Source of the DNA: a virus
Taxonomy: Duplodnaviria > Caudoviricetes
Length of the DNA: 39,287 nt
Virus record (IMG/VR): IMGVR_UViG_3300005662_000090
Span: 1 to 39,287 of that record
Direction: 5' to 3' (one strand)
In this document: one piece after another, positions 18,297-28,068 of the stretch
Numbering within the stretch: the first letter of the stretch is position 1
How the letters are laid out: each line of letters starts with the position of its first letter
Translations under genes and position numbers: made by a program
Notes under the pieces: model-generated
What the model saw: only the letters and a program-made list of their open reading frames with translations
Databases searched by the model: none
What the model was told of the DNA's origin: nothing

Positions 18297-18917
18297 ATGG
18301 CTTCTACTCGCAATACTAATACACCAATTACAGATACTCAAGGTAGGAATGTAACTAAAACGCATTTATCTACCAACATAATTATTAAGGTCGATGGCAA
18401 TGCTGTTGGCGCAATAAAATCTTTGCAAGTTACTGAAAGAAGAAACATTACCCCCATCTCTGAAGTTGGAACAGATGGAGTTATTGATTCAGCCCCCAGC
18501 AAATCAACTGAAATTTCAGTCGAATGTACAAGAACTAGATTTTCTAAGCAAAGAATCGCAGAAGCTTTCGGAAGAGGATTTATTCACGCCCATTCTCAAA
18601 GATTCCCTTTTGATATTGAAATCCAAGATATATTTGCAGATGCCAACGAAGCCAATGCTATTATTACAGTAATAGAGAATTGCTGGATTAATAACATTAG
18701 CTATACTTATAGCTCGGATGAATTTGTTATTTCGGAAAATATGGGTCTTAATGCTGAAAGAATTAATAGCACATTAAATGGCAGTAACGTTGTAACTGAA
18801 ACTTCAAATGGTCGTTCGTTCCCAATTGCGATTAGTCCATTTGAAGCTCAAGCAGATCGTGGTGAATTTACTGGCGCACTTGATGCTGCTGGATTATTAA
18901 ATGCGTTCTTGGCATAA
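18297..18917 (+). CDS. Tail tube protein
   Basis: Follows the sheath; IKVDGNAVGAIKSL...ISEVG...PFDIEIQD...IENCWINNISYTY is tube-like; GGAG SD. Confidence 0.85.
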   Translation: MASTRNTNTPITDTQGRNVTKTHLSTNIIIKVDGNAVGAIKSLQVTERRNITPISEVGTDGVIDSAPSKSTEISVECTRTRFSKQRIAEAFGRGFIHAHSQRFPFDIEIQDIFADANEANAIITVIENCWINNISYTYSSDEFVISENMGLNAERINSTLNGSNVVTETSNGRSFPIAISPFEAQADRGEFTGALDAAGLLNAFLA

Positions 18918-18938
18918 TTCTTTAATGTAAAATATATT

Positions 18939-18974
18939 AAAATAGCTTGGGATTTCCCAGGCTATTTTATTTTT
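18939..18974 (+). terminator. Rho-independent terminator after the sheath-tube genes
   Basis: AAAATAGCTTGGG-ATTT-CCCAGGCTATTTT stem (one G-U pair) running into TATTTTATTTTT. Confidence 0.8.
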
Positions 18975-19006
18975 AATGATATAGAAAGTAACCAAAAGGA
19001 GAAAGT

Positions 19007-19648
19007 ATGGTAGATATTAATAGTCCATTAGGTCGTAGACAATTAGCAATGCAGCAAAATCAAAGAAAAGTTCTTACTGTTCCAGACGAAAGTATGGAGG
19101 TAGAATCTACGTCATTTGATGACTCTGGTGAATTTGAACCAAATTTACCACCAGCGGTTAAAAGAGTTCGTCAAATGATGAACTCTGAAGAGGTTTCTAG
19201 AGAGGAATTAATTAGAGCTAGACAAGAAGCTAAGCAATCTAAATTTGAAGTAACTCCTAAAGCAAGAAATAGAATTGATATTCTTTTAGGTCTTAAAAGA
19301 AAGACTAAAGATGTAGTAGTTGAGGGGGTGAAATTTACTCTAAGAAGTTTAAAACATTCTGAATATCAGGATATTTTTCTTTCTTTGTCTAAGCTTTCAG
19401 ATGCAAGTAATATCGTAGTTTCTTTAGAAATGCAAATTCAATCTTTGGCTCGGTCCATTTCCCATATTGATGATTCTCCTATTGCAATGGTATTAGGAGT
19501 AACTGATACGAATCAAATATTAGATCATTTAAGAGAATTTGAAAGCGATGTAATCGATCAATTGTATGAAGGTTTCAAATCTTTAAAAGACAAAACAGAA
19601 ATTAAATCAGAAGAAGAAAGTGAGGTAGCAGAAGATCTAAAAAAATAG
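19007..19648 (+). CDS. Tail assembly chaperone (lambda gpG analogue)
   Basis: Lies between tube and tape measure; GVKFTLRSL...IDQLYE pattern; ends in CTA AAA AAA TAG; AGGAG SD. Confidence 0.8.
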   Translation: MVDINSPLGRRQLAMQQNQRKVLTVPDESMEVESTSFDDSGEFEPNLPPAVKRVRQMMNSEEVSREELIRARQEAKQSKFEVTPKARNRIDILLGLKRKTKDVVVEGVKFTLRSLKHSEYQDIFLSLSKLSDASNIVVSLEMQIQSLARSISHIDDSPIAMVLGVTDTNQILDHLREFESDVIDQLYEGFKSLKDKTEIKSEEESEVAEDLKK

Positions 19649-20001
19649 TTAGATATACGGACCATAAATTTTATTTCTTTTTGTTTAAAATTTTGGGCAA
19701 GGAGGCTTTGCCTGGTGGTTCGTTTTATGATGAGACCAATCCTTGGTTGTATTTATGGTTGTATAATTCTTTTATGCAAGAAGAATCTGACAAGCAAGAA
19801 TTTGCTAGATCCTTAGCAATTTTCCAAGGAAGTTTTGCTAATCCTGAAATGGCAAGAAATATTATTAAAGCAGATAATCCAACTGCAGAGATGGATGATC
19901 AACAATTCGATGCTGTTTCTGACTATATTTTGGCAGAAGATAAGAAGGAAGAAGTAAAAGTAAGAAAGAGACAAAGAAAAATGTTATTAAATAATAAGTA
20001 A
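19645..20001 (+). CDS. Frameshift extension of the tail assembly chaperone (gpT analogue); fusion about 331 aa
   Basis: The -1 frame is open from 19624 through the A7 run (19639-19645) and continues IVRYTDHKFYFFLFKILG... into the listed ORF 19681-20001, which has only a TTG start and no SD. Confidence 0.78.
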   Translation: MVRYTDHKFYFFLFKILGKEALPGGSFYDETNPWLYLWLYNSFMQEESDKQEFARSLAIFQGSFANPEMARNIIKADNPTAEMDDQQFDAVSDYILAEDKKEEVKVRKRQRKMLLNNK

Positions 20002-20011
20002 ATGAGAAAAT

Positions 20012-22282
20012 ATGGCTGATCTTAGTCAAGAAGAAATTAGAAAATATCTTGAAGAAATATTAAAGTCAAAAATACCAGATTTAGATAAATCTGCAATGGA
20101 TGCTGTTGTTTCTGACGTTTCTGAAAAAATTAAAAGTAACTTCGGAGGTGCAGTAAAAAAAGGAGTTGAGTCAGCCAAAGAAAATTTTACAAAGCTTGAA
20201 AAATATTTAGAAAATTTTAGCGTAGATGGCATCCAAGAAAAATTTGATAATTTTTCTAAAAAATTTGGTCAAAATATAAGTATTAATAAGCAAGATATTT
20301 TTAATCTAGGTAAAACTGCACTTCAACTAAAATTAGGTGTTCCAGATTTTAGTAATTTTAATGATGGTGTGTCAAAAGAATTAACAAGTTCTTCCGCCAT
20401 GATGAATGAATTTGGCGATCAAATAAATAAAATTATTGAGACCCAGCCATCAGAAAAAGGAGGGGTTGTATCTTTTTTGAAGGATACAATCATTCAGTTT
20501 AATGATGCAAGAGATACTGTGAATGAATTAGAGTCTAGCTTTATATCTTTAAAGGCATCTTCTGGAGATTTGGGTAATTATTTTAAAAATCTTGAAAATG
20601 GTGGAACGACATTTGAAGCTCAATTTGAGGCTGTTAACCAAACAATAAAGAATTCAGGTAATGCTACTGGTAGAACTTATGAGCAAATGAGTGGTCTTGC
20701 TAAAGTCTTAATGAGCGACATGCCTAACGCAGCTACGACAATGAATGATGTTTTTATTAATTCTGTTGATACAATGTCCGATCTTGAGGCATCTGTTAAA
20801 TTAAGTGCAGCGACAGGCTTGGCTTCAACTGCCGTTGCTCAAAAAATGGGTGAAAATTATCAAAAATTTGGCAATGTTTCTGAAAAAGCAGGAGAGTCTT
20901 CTACTAGATTCGCAACCAATTTAGCCAAAACTTCTATTGTTGCAGGTCAATTAGGAGTTAATTTTGATAAATTTAATAAAAACATTGAAGATGGCGCAGA
21001 TGCTTTAATGTATTATGGAGATAATACTCAGTCTTTGGTTAATATGATTGGAAAGCTTGGACCTGCTTTTCAAGCAGCAAAATTATCTCCTCAAGCAATT
21101 AATGATTTGAGTAAATCTTTAATTTCTAATATTAATCAAATGGCAATTGCTCAAAGATCTTTTCTTTCAATGCAAGCTGGCGGTCCAGGAGGACTGAGAG
21201 GCGGGTATCAAGTTGAACTATTGAAGGCACAAGGTAAGTTTGAAGAAATTCAAGCAATGGCTGATAAAGCATTGAAAAAGCAATTTGGTGGTCGAGTTGT
21301 AACTTTGGAAGAAGCTGGCGCAGATGAAGGGGCAGCAAGGCAATATGCAAAGCAAGTTCAAATGCTAACCCAAGGTCCTTTAAAAATGGTTGAAAGCGAA
21401 GGTCAAGCTAAAGCTTTAATTGATATGATGGCAAAGGGAGATACCACTGGTGCCGGTAAAATTATAAGTGGGCAAGAGGCTTTAGAAGCAACGATAGAAA
21501 AAGGCAATACTCAAACCGAAAAACAAACATCTGAATTAGTTAAAATTCATAATGCAACTAAATCTTCTGCAGTGTCTGGAGCTATTACGGCAAGCGTATT
21601 AGTTAAAAAAGCTGATAAAGCTTTAGGAGAATTAGCTTCTGGAGAATTAATGAAATCATTAGGATTGGGCGGGGTAGCAGAAGAAATTATGCCTAGTAAT
21701 AAACAGGCTAGCATGGAAAAATCTAATGTTGGATATGGTCCTGGATATATGGGAGTTGCTTTTACTCCTCAAGAAAAAACAAGAATGATGTTGCAAAAAG
21801 CTGAAACAGCTCTTAATGGAAACGAAGGCAAAAATCCAGAATCCGAAGCAGAACCAGCAGTGATAGCAGCTGCTGTGCGTCGAGCAGCGGCAGAGACTGG
21901 AGCAGCGGCGGCAGCAATGGGACTTGGTTCTAATCAATCAACTATTGTTCCCCCATCAGAAATGAATCCTGTAGACATTATGAGAATTAGCGAACAGACA
22001 GGGGTACCTGTAGGTAACATTTTAGCCAATCCTCAGCTTCCAGAAGCGGCTCCTATGCTGCCAGTGTTTGAAGACATATTTAGTTCGCTTAAGTCTTCAA
22101 ATGCGTCTGGCGGTCCATTTAAATCTGAAAAAGCTCAAAAATCTGAAAGTGTTGTCACTGTTAAATTAGAAATGCCAGATGGGATGACTAGGGAAGCTGT
22201 AACTTTAATGATCGAAGGTCAAGTTAAAGAAATTCAACAAGCACAAGATAGACAAAAAACTGCAGGTTTTTCCAATAGATAA
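20012..22282 (+). CDS. Tape measure protein (putative)
   Basis: Directly after the chaperone pair; A/G/Q/K/M-rich helical composition with no Trp or Cys. Confidence 0.75.
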   Translation: MADLSQEEIRKYLEEILKSKIPDLDKSAMDAVVSDVSEKIKSNFGGAVKKGVESAKENFTKLEKYLENFSVDGIQEKFDNFSKKFGQNISINKQDIFNLGKTALQLKLGVPDFSNFNDGVSKELTSSSAMMNEFGDQINKIIETQPSEKGGVVSFLKDTIIQFNDARDTVNELESSFISLKASSGDLGNYFKNLENGGTTFEAQFEAVNQTIKNSGNATGRTYEQMSGLAKVLMSDMPNAATTMNDVFINSVDTMSDLEASVKLSAATGLASTAVAQKMGENYQKFGNVSEKAGESSTRFATNLAKTSIVAGQLGVNFDKFNKNIEDGADALMYYGDNTQSLVNMIGKLGPAFQAAKLSPQAINDLSKSLISNINQMAIAQRSFLSMQAGGPGGLRGGYQVELLKAQGKFEEIQAMADKALKKQFGGRVVTLEEAGADEGAARQYAKQVQMLTQGPLKMVESEGQAKALIDMMAKGDTTGAGKIISGQEALEATIEKGNTQTEKQTSELVKIHNATKSSAVSGAITASVLVKKADKALGELASGELMKSLGLGGVAEEIMPSNKQASMEKSNVGYGPGYMGVAFTPQEKTRMMLQKAETALNGNEGKNPESEAEPAVIAAAVRRAAAETGAAAAAMGLGSNQSTIVPPSEMNPVDIMRISEQTGVPVGNILANPQLPEAAPMLPVFEDIFSSLKSSNASGGPFKSEKAQKSESVVTVKLEMPDGMTREAVTLMIEGQVKEIQQAQDRQKTAGFSNR

Positions 22283-22297
22283 TAATTTGAGGCAAAT

Positions 22298-23113
22298 ATG
22301 AGTATAACAGATGCAGTAAATGATGTAAAAGATGCCCAAGGAAAAGTAGGTGATTTTTTCTCGGAGGTATCCGGTGGGCTAGGTGATGCTTTTGAATTAT
22401 TCGCTGGTTCTCCTACTCCTAGTACTTTGGGATATGGTACTAGGCAATATAAATTACCTAATAACAGGGCGGCGGTTACTACAAGGCAAATTATTCATTG
22501 GGCAGTTCCAGAGGGTCCAGTGATTCAAATGTATGTAAATCCAAAACAAATACAATATAATTACAAAAAAGACGTTCCATCCACAAGAACCAGAGGCGGA
22601 TTCGTTGTTCAATATTTCGGACCACAATTGCCAACTTTAAGTATTCAGGGAACTACTGGAACTTCTGGAATTGAAGGAATTAATGTCTTGTATGATTTGT
22701 ATAGATATGAGCAATTAGCTTTTGATCCTTACGCTTTATACATGGCGTCTGAAAATTATAAATCAGCACAAGGTCTGCCTGACGCTTCTCAAGTTATAGG
22801 ATTTTTATCTGGCGCTGCAAGTAATCCTGTAGCTAATATGACTCCTCCATCTTTGGCTGATTTGGCTTTTCGAGTTGAAATGTTTTATGCAGGAGAAGTG
22901 TATCGAGGGTTCTTTACAGATTTTTCTGTTACAGAAAGTGCAGATAATTTAGGATTATTTGATTATACTATGGGATTTACAGTAACTCAGAAAAGAGGAT
23001 TTAGACAAAACTTTCTTGCTTGGCATCGTTCGGCTAATGATGGACCAAGTAAAACAAATCCACAAAATGGAGTTCCTTATAGTTATAGTGGTCTGTTAGA
23101 ATACGGAAGATAA
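22298..23113 (+). CDS. Baseplate tube-initiator-like protein
   Basis: After the tape measure; MYVNPKQIQY...TRGGFVVQYFG...LSIQGTTG...YRGFFTDFSVTE...FDYTMGFTV suggests a tube-like fold. Confidence 0.65.
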   Translation: MSITDAVNDVKDAQGKVGDFFSEVSGGLGDAFELFAGSPTPSTLGYGTRQYKLPNNRAAVTTRQIIHWAVPEGPVIQMYVNPKQIQYNYKKDVPSTRTRGGFVVQYFGPQLPTLSIQGTTGTSGIEGINVLYDLYRYEQLAFDPYALYMASENYKSAQGLPDASQVIGFLSGAASNPVANMTPPSLADLAFRVEMFYAGEVYRGFFTDFSVTESADNLGLFDYTMGFTVTQKRGFRQNFLAWHRSANDGPSKTNPQNGVPYSYSGLLEYGR

Positions 23114-23114
23114 T

Positions 23115-26100
23115 ATGCCAAAACAACCAGAAGACGCAGTATTAGATGGAATTAATAACGCCCTAGGAACATCTGAGAATAATCCACAAAATCCAGATAA
23201 TCCTTACTCTTATGCTGCGCTTAAAGAGTTCGAAGCAGAGATTAATCGAACTGAAGAAAGAATTTATTTACAAGCAGGTTATACTAGAAAATTAAAACCT
23301 CAAGCTATTGAAGTTCTTTTACAAGAACCAGATGCAACTATAGTTGTTAAAAAAAGACAATTTTCTTCTTTAGCAGAAAATTATAGATTAAATTTACTTG
23401 ATAGTAAAACTAGAACTTATATTAAAGCTGTTAAAAGATTATTTTTTAATAAGTGCCGAGCCATAGCAGCCTATGAGAGATTGACAAAGCTAGATAAAAT
23501 CTATCATAGAACTAACGGTCAATTTGATGATGTTTTATTTCCGCTAGTTCTAGCAACTGCAGATGCCATCAATTCTGTTTCCACTTTTTCAAGTTCTAAT
23601 TTTGCCGTATTAGATACTTTGAAAAAAGTCAAATACTTAAGTGACCCTCAGTATTTTACTACTTGGACTCCATCCGAATTGCCTTATTTAGCAGACGTTG
23701 GAGATGGGGAAGGTACATTTGAATTAACTTTAGCGGCAAGTCTTAGCACAACCGTCTCTACTCAATTTGGAGGTGGTTCCGCTAATATTGAATTTGAAAA
23801 TCCATTAGAATTAATGATTATTACTCAGGAAGATATTGAACAGGCTATCTCTGATGTTGTTGGATTTACTAATAATATATTTTTTAATTTTACTAAATCA
23901 CAGTTAAGACAGCAAATTCAATCATTAACAGATCAATTAACTACCGAAAGAATGGCTAGAGGCGTTAGCAGAATTACTATTTCCGATTCCCCTAACACTT
24001 TAAACTTTAAAAAAATTAGAGCTTTTATTGACGAAGAGGGTAGAGAAATTATATTTTCATATAATCCTGGTCTTGCAGGATTAGGCGGGGAAATTGATTT
24101 AGATGCTACAGCATATCAAGGACCTAACGGATTAAAAGATCGTGAAATTGATTTGTTTAATCAAATTATTTTAAATTATTATTCTTTGTTAGATAATGAA
24201 AAATTAACTGAAAATCAAATTAGAGAATTTAATCAACAAAATGATTATGTTCGAAAGAAGATGAGATTAGAATTTGAAGACCGACCTATAATTCAACAAC
24301 AAGATTTAGTTCACATATTTATTTCTTCTAAGACTTCTGTGGAACCTAGAATTTCTGCTGGATTTAATTTTTCTTTTACTGAAAATAATGTTTTTAATCA
24401 AGCCGATAAATTGCTGTCTAATATAGATGATTTATTTAGTCAAATAAAAGCGCCTGTATTATCTAATGGTGAAAACTTTGTTGAAATAGAAAGAAATGCT
24501 ATTGTTGGACCACAATTTCCTTTGTGGATGTGGGTTACTATGCGCAATGAATTCACAAGGCAAGCAGCGGGAACTCATGTCTTTGCAGGCATTGTAGACA
24601 ACGCTAGCCAGCAATATAGCAATGGAAAACACACCGTAAACGTTAGTTGTAAAGATTTTACGGAGTTTTTGAATAAAGGTCAGCTTAATGTTCAACCAGC
24701 ATTGGACGTTATTGATTCTTCTATTTTTGATCCTTTGACTCCTTTTAAAACGGATTATGATCCTGCATCGGGGATTTTGCAAGGAGAGCAACCAGAGCTA
24801 TTGGATGAAAACAAAGCCATACTAGCAACTCAATTAGTTAAATTTAAAGCGGGCAGAAGCCGTGGGCAAGTTGTTGACATTGATACTTATGCTCTTACCG
24901 ACGTAGAGATATTGACGCCGGAATCGCCGGAAGCTAAAAAAAGAGTTAAATTTTTTGATCCTGATGGCTTTGTGTATCGTTGGAAAGAAGGTATAGGCTC
25001 ATTAGTTTTAAGTGGAGCGCCACATAAATTAGGTACAGGTTCTTTAAGAAAAGAAACTTCAACATTGGTCACATCAAGTCCTTGGCAAGGACAAGATATA
25101 ATGAATACTTTATCATTGTTGATTACCGGTCAGCCTTATAACTTTTCTACATTTTTAAAAGCAGCATCTAATTCAGGATTTATTACAAATGATAAAAGAA
25201 TTAGTTATTCTTCATCTGAAAATTTTTTAAAAGGTTTAATTTCTGATATTAAAAAAAATAACACTGTTTGGGGAAATTTTATTCCATTCAAAAGGGTTAC
25301 TCTTCCAGATGCAACATATCAAGCTATGTTAACTGGAGAATATGATGTTTCAGTTAACACTAATAAAATTAATAAGTTATTAAAAGAGAAAGCTGAAAGG
25401 ATAGATGCTTTATCTTCTCAATTTTCTCAATCAGGTATTGACCCAAGATATTTTAGAATTGGAGCAAATAATACTCCCGTTTCTAGCCCCTCTACGGCAG
25501 AGGGATCTATTCCTGACAGACTGAGAGTAGTAGGCACATCTATTTATAAATTAGATGTAGAAATTACCAATGCTCAGAACAGTTTGATGCAATCAATTAA
25601 TAATAAAAATTTAGCAGGTAAAACTAAAATTAAAATCTGGGGTGATGATATTTCTATTGAGGAAGCTGAAGGCTCTTCCGTATCTACTGAAGTAAAAATT
25701 AGAGAGCGAGAGAAAGCCAGGAAAAAACTTTTATTCTTAACTCAAAGAAGATTGTGGAAAGTCAAGGCAAATGATGATCCTAATTTTTTCATCGTAGATG
25801 ATTCTTATGATAAAAATTATGACATACAGGCTTTTGAAGATTCATTAGCTGGTAATCCCAATTTATTTAAAAGTACATATGATACAATTGGAAACTTAGC
25901 TAAAAAAGCCGCAGACATTTTAGACTTGGAATTATTTGCAGATTCTCAAGGGCATATTAACGCTAGAGCGCCTGCATATAATAGAATACCAAGCTCTGTA
26001 CTATTTGAACTGATTAGAGTTAAAGATCAAAAGGGAATTAAATTATTTCCAGAATTTTTTGAAAGTTTATTTTTCAATCAAATTAAAGGCTTAACAGACA

Positions 26101-28055
26101 AGATAGAAGTTCTTGAAGACCGAATTCGATTAAGAGCGGCATTACTCGGTGCTAATTCTGATTACGATATCGGAAAATTATTAGGCGGAAGCCAAGAAGC
26201 AAATGGAGGAAATGCAGGTTTCTTTTATCTTGTAACTGATGCTGATACGGGAAGGATAGACGCTAATGGATTTGGAAAATTAATTTTGCAAAGCAGTCCT
26301 GATTTTGCAGATGAGGCAAATAAAAAAGCATTATCGGCTGTAAATGCAAAATTAACAACGGCAGCTAGCTTAAACGTTCAATTTGACATCATTAAAAGAA
26401 TAGATATTATTTCTAATCCTTTAAAGAAAAGTTCTTATCCAGATCCAATAAAAAATATAATTCAAAGACTTGAAAATAAATTTTTTATAGATCCTTTGGC
26501 AAAAGATATTGCAAACTATAGATCTTCTCCGGGATATTTAAAACAAGTTAAAATTTTAGAACTATTTTCTCAATTAGTTCCTTTGGTTAATGAAAGACAA
26601 AATGTTTTAAAGTTGTTGGTGAATGCTATAAAAAATTTAGACCAAGGAACATCTATCAATACCACAGATGTTGCCAATAGTGCTATATTTACAACTTTAA
26701 ATTCTAAATCAAAGTTTGCTAATGGTAAAATACCAGAAGTTCTTTTGCACATGGTTGAAGATGAAAACGTAGATGATTTAGGGAAAGATTCTGGTTCAAG
26801 ATATATTATTAAAGATTCTCATTTAATAAGTTTTTCAATATCTGAAAAACCTCCAGAGTATACTGTTGTAGAAGTTAATGGTTCAATTTCTAATAAGCTA
26901 ACCAATGAAGTTGATGGCTTAGGAGTTGGAACTAATGGTAATTTGATGAATACTGCAATTGTTGCAGATTATGATATGTGGAGACTTTATGGTTTTAAGG
27001 GCACTCATCCTTTTGATGTTGCCTATCTAAGCAATCCAGAAGCCCAATGTGCTCCATTTGGAGTCTTTAGATTAAATCAAGCTAGAAAAAAAATATTTAC
27101 AGCAGATGTTACCGTAAAAGGAAATGAATACATTCAAGCAGGAGAGGTGTATTATTTAGAATCAAGAGATTTATTAATGTACGCAGAAAGCGTGTCCCAT
27201 GAATTTAGTTGGGATGGAAGTTTTCGTACTAGATTAAATTGCACCTATGTAAGAAAACCCGGTGAATTTATTCCAACAATGTTGGATATTATTGGTAAGG
27301 GGCTATATACGAGAAAAAACGTTGCTGAGCTAGTAAAAAATTCAAGAAATTCTACTCCGGGCTCAGATGTTCCAATTGCTGTTCTTAAAGCCAATGGAAC
27401 TGGAAAAATTGATGGGGAAGATTACTTAAGTTCAGAGCCTCCAGAAACTGGTTCATATAAAGAAATAAATAGAAAAGCCATATCTTCTATATTGTTAAAT
27501 TTGCAAGGAACTTTGTCAGCCTCATCTTTTTCTGAGGCTAGAAAAATACAATTGCGTATTTATGGAGCAAATTCGGTAGATAGTAATCTGAAAAAAGAGG
27601 CGGAGGAATTTAGAAAATTAATTTTAAATCCAGAAAAATTTATAGATTCTTCTTCTTCGGAAGTAACGGTCCCTGATGATTACGCTGCTCCCAAAATAGA
27701 AGAAGGTTTAATAGAAGTTGTTGAAGTTTTGTTGGGCAAAATAGATCCTCCAGATCCAAGGTCTCCATCTTCTTCGGCTTTTGAACTTGTTAGAACTATA
27801 TGCAGCTATTCAAGTCAATCTGATAATAACAAAGCTCAAGAAGTAGCAGATGCAATAAAAAATAATTTGTTCTCTTATGTTATAGATGTTTGGTCGGTAA
27901 AAGCTAGTGCCTTAGAATCAGGTAAAGAAACTAGTAGCTCTAAAAACGATAGTACTAATCAAAATCAACAACAAAAAGAAGAAGAATTAAAGAAACAAAT
28001 TGATCAAAAATTAAAAGCTTTGGCAGATTCTTTAAATGTTTCTTCGGATATTTAA
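23115..28055 (+). CDS. Baseplate hub protein (T4 gp27 / P2 gpD-like) with large insertions
   Basis: VFAGIVDN...VNVSCKD, LELFADSQGHINARAPAYN and ADVTVKGNEYIQAGE...YAESVSHEF...FRTRL are hub-like segments spread across 1646 aa. Confidence 0.65.
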   Translation: MPKQPEDAVLDGINNALGTSENNPQNPDNPYSYAALKEFEAEINRTEERIYLQAGYTRKLKPQAIEVLLQEPDATIVVKKRQFSSLAENYRLNLLDSKTRTYIKAVKRLFFNKCRAIAAYERLTKLDKIYHRTNGQFDDVLFPLVLATADAINSVSTFSSSNFAVLDTLKKVKYLSDPQYFTTWTPSELPYLADVGDGEGTFELTLAASLSTTVSTQFGGGSANIEFENPLELMIITQEDIEQAISDVVGFTNNIFFNFTKSQLRQQIQSLTDQLTTERMARGVSRITISDSPNTLNFKKIRAFIDEEGREIIFSYNPGLAGLGGEIDLDATAYQGPNGLKDREIDLFNQIILNYYSLLDNEKLTENQIREFNQQNDYVRKKMRLEFEDRPIIQQQDLVHIFISSKTSVEPRISAGFNFSFTENNVFNQADKLLSNIDDLFSQIKAPVLSNGENFVEIERNAIVGPQFPLWMWVTMRNEFTRQAAGTHVFAGIVDNASQQYSNGKHTVNVSCKDFTEFLNKGQLNVQPALDVIDSSIFDPLTPFKTDYDPASGILQGEQPELLDENKAILATQLVKFKAGRSRGQVVDIDTYALTDVEILTPESPEAKKRVKFFDPDGFVYRWKEGIGSLVLSGAPHKLGTGSLRKETSTLVTSSPWQGQDIMNTLSLLITGQPYNFSTFLKAASNSGFITNDKRISYSSSENFLKGLISDIKKNNTVWGNFIPFKRVTLPDATYQAMLTGEYDVSVNTNKINKLLKEKAERIDALSSQFSQSGIDPRYFRIGANNTPVSSPSTAEGSIPDRLRVVGTSIYKLDVEITNAQNSLMQSINNKNLAGKTKIKIWGDDISIEEAEGSSVSTEVKIREREKARKKLLFLTQRRLWKVKANDDPNFFIVDDSYDKNYDIQAFEDSLAGNPNLFKSTYDTIGNLAKKAADILDLELFADSQGHINARAPAYNRIPSSVLFELIRVKDQKGIKLFPEFFESLFFNQIKGLTDKIEVLEDRIRLRAALLGANSDYDIGKLLGGSQEANGGNAGFFYLVTDADTGRIDANGFGKLILQSSPDFADEANKKALSAVNAKLTTAASLNVQFDIIKRIDIISNPLKKSSYPDPIKNIIQRLENKFFIDPLAKDIANYRSSPGYLKQVKILELFSQLVPLVNERQNVLKLLVNAIKNLDQGTSINTTDVANSAIFTTLNSKSKFANGKIPEVLLHMVEDENVDDLGKDSGSRYIIKDSHLISFSISEKPPEYTVVEVNGSISNKLTNEVDGLGVGTNGNLMNTAIVADYDMWRLYGFKGTHPFDVAYLSNPEAQCAPFGVFRLNQARKKIFTADVTVKGNEYIQAGEVYYLESRDLLMYAESVSHEFSWDGSFRTRLNCTYVRKPGEFIPTMLDIIGKGLYTRKNVAELVKNSRNSTPGSDVPIAVLKANGTGKIDGEDYLSSEPPETGSYKEINRKAISSILLNLQGTLSASSFSEARKIQLRIYGANSVDSNLKKEAEEFRKLILNPEKFIDSSSSEVTVPDDYAAPKIEEGLIEVVEVLLGKIDPPDPRSPSSSAFELVRTICSYSSQSDNNKAQEVADAIKNNLFSYVIDVWSVKASALESGKETSSSKNDSTNQNQQQKEEELKKQIDQKLKALADSLNVSSDI

Positions 28056-28068
28056 TTGAAAGAAAATT

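Noticed and set aside
21855-21925. GC-rich GCA/GCG repeats in the tape measure gene
   Set aside because: Explained by the Ala-rich peptide AVIAAAVRRAAAETGAAAAAMG; no independent repeat structure.
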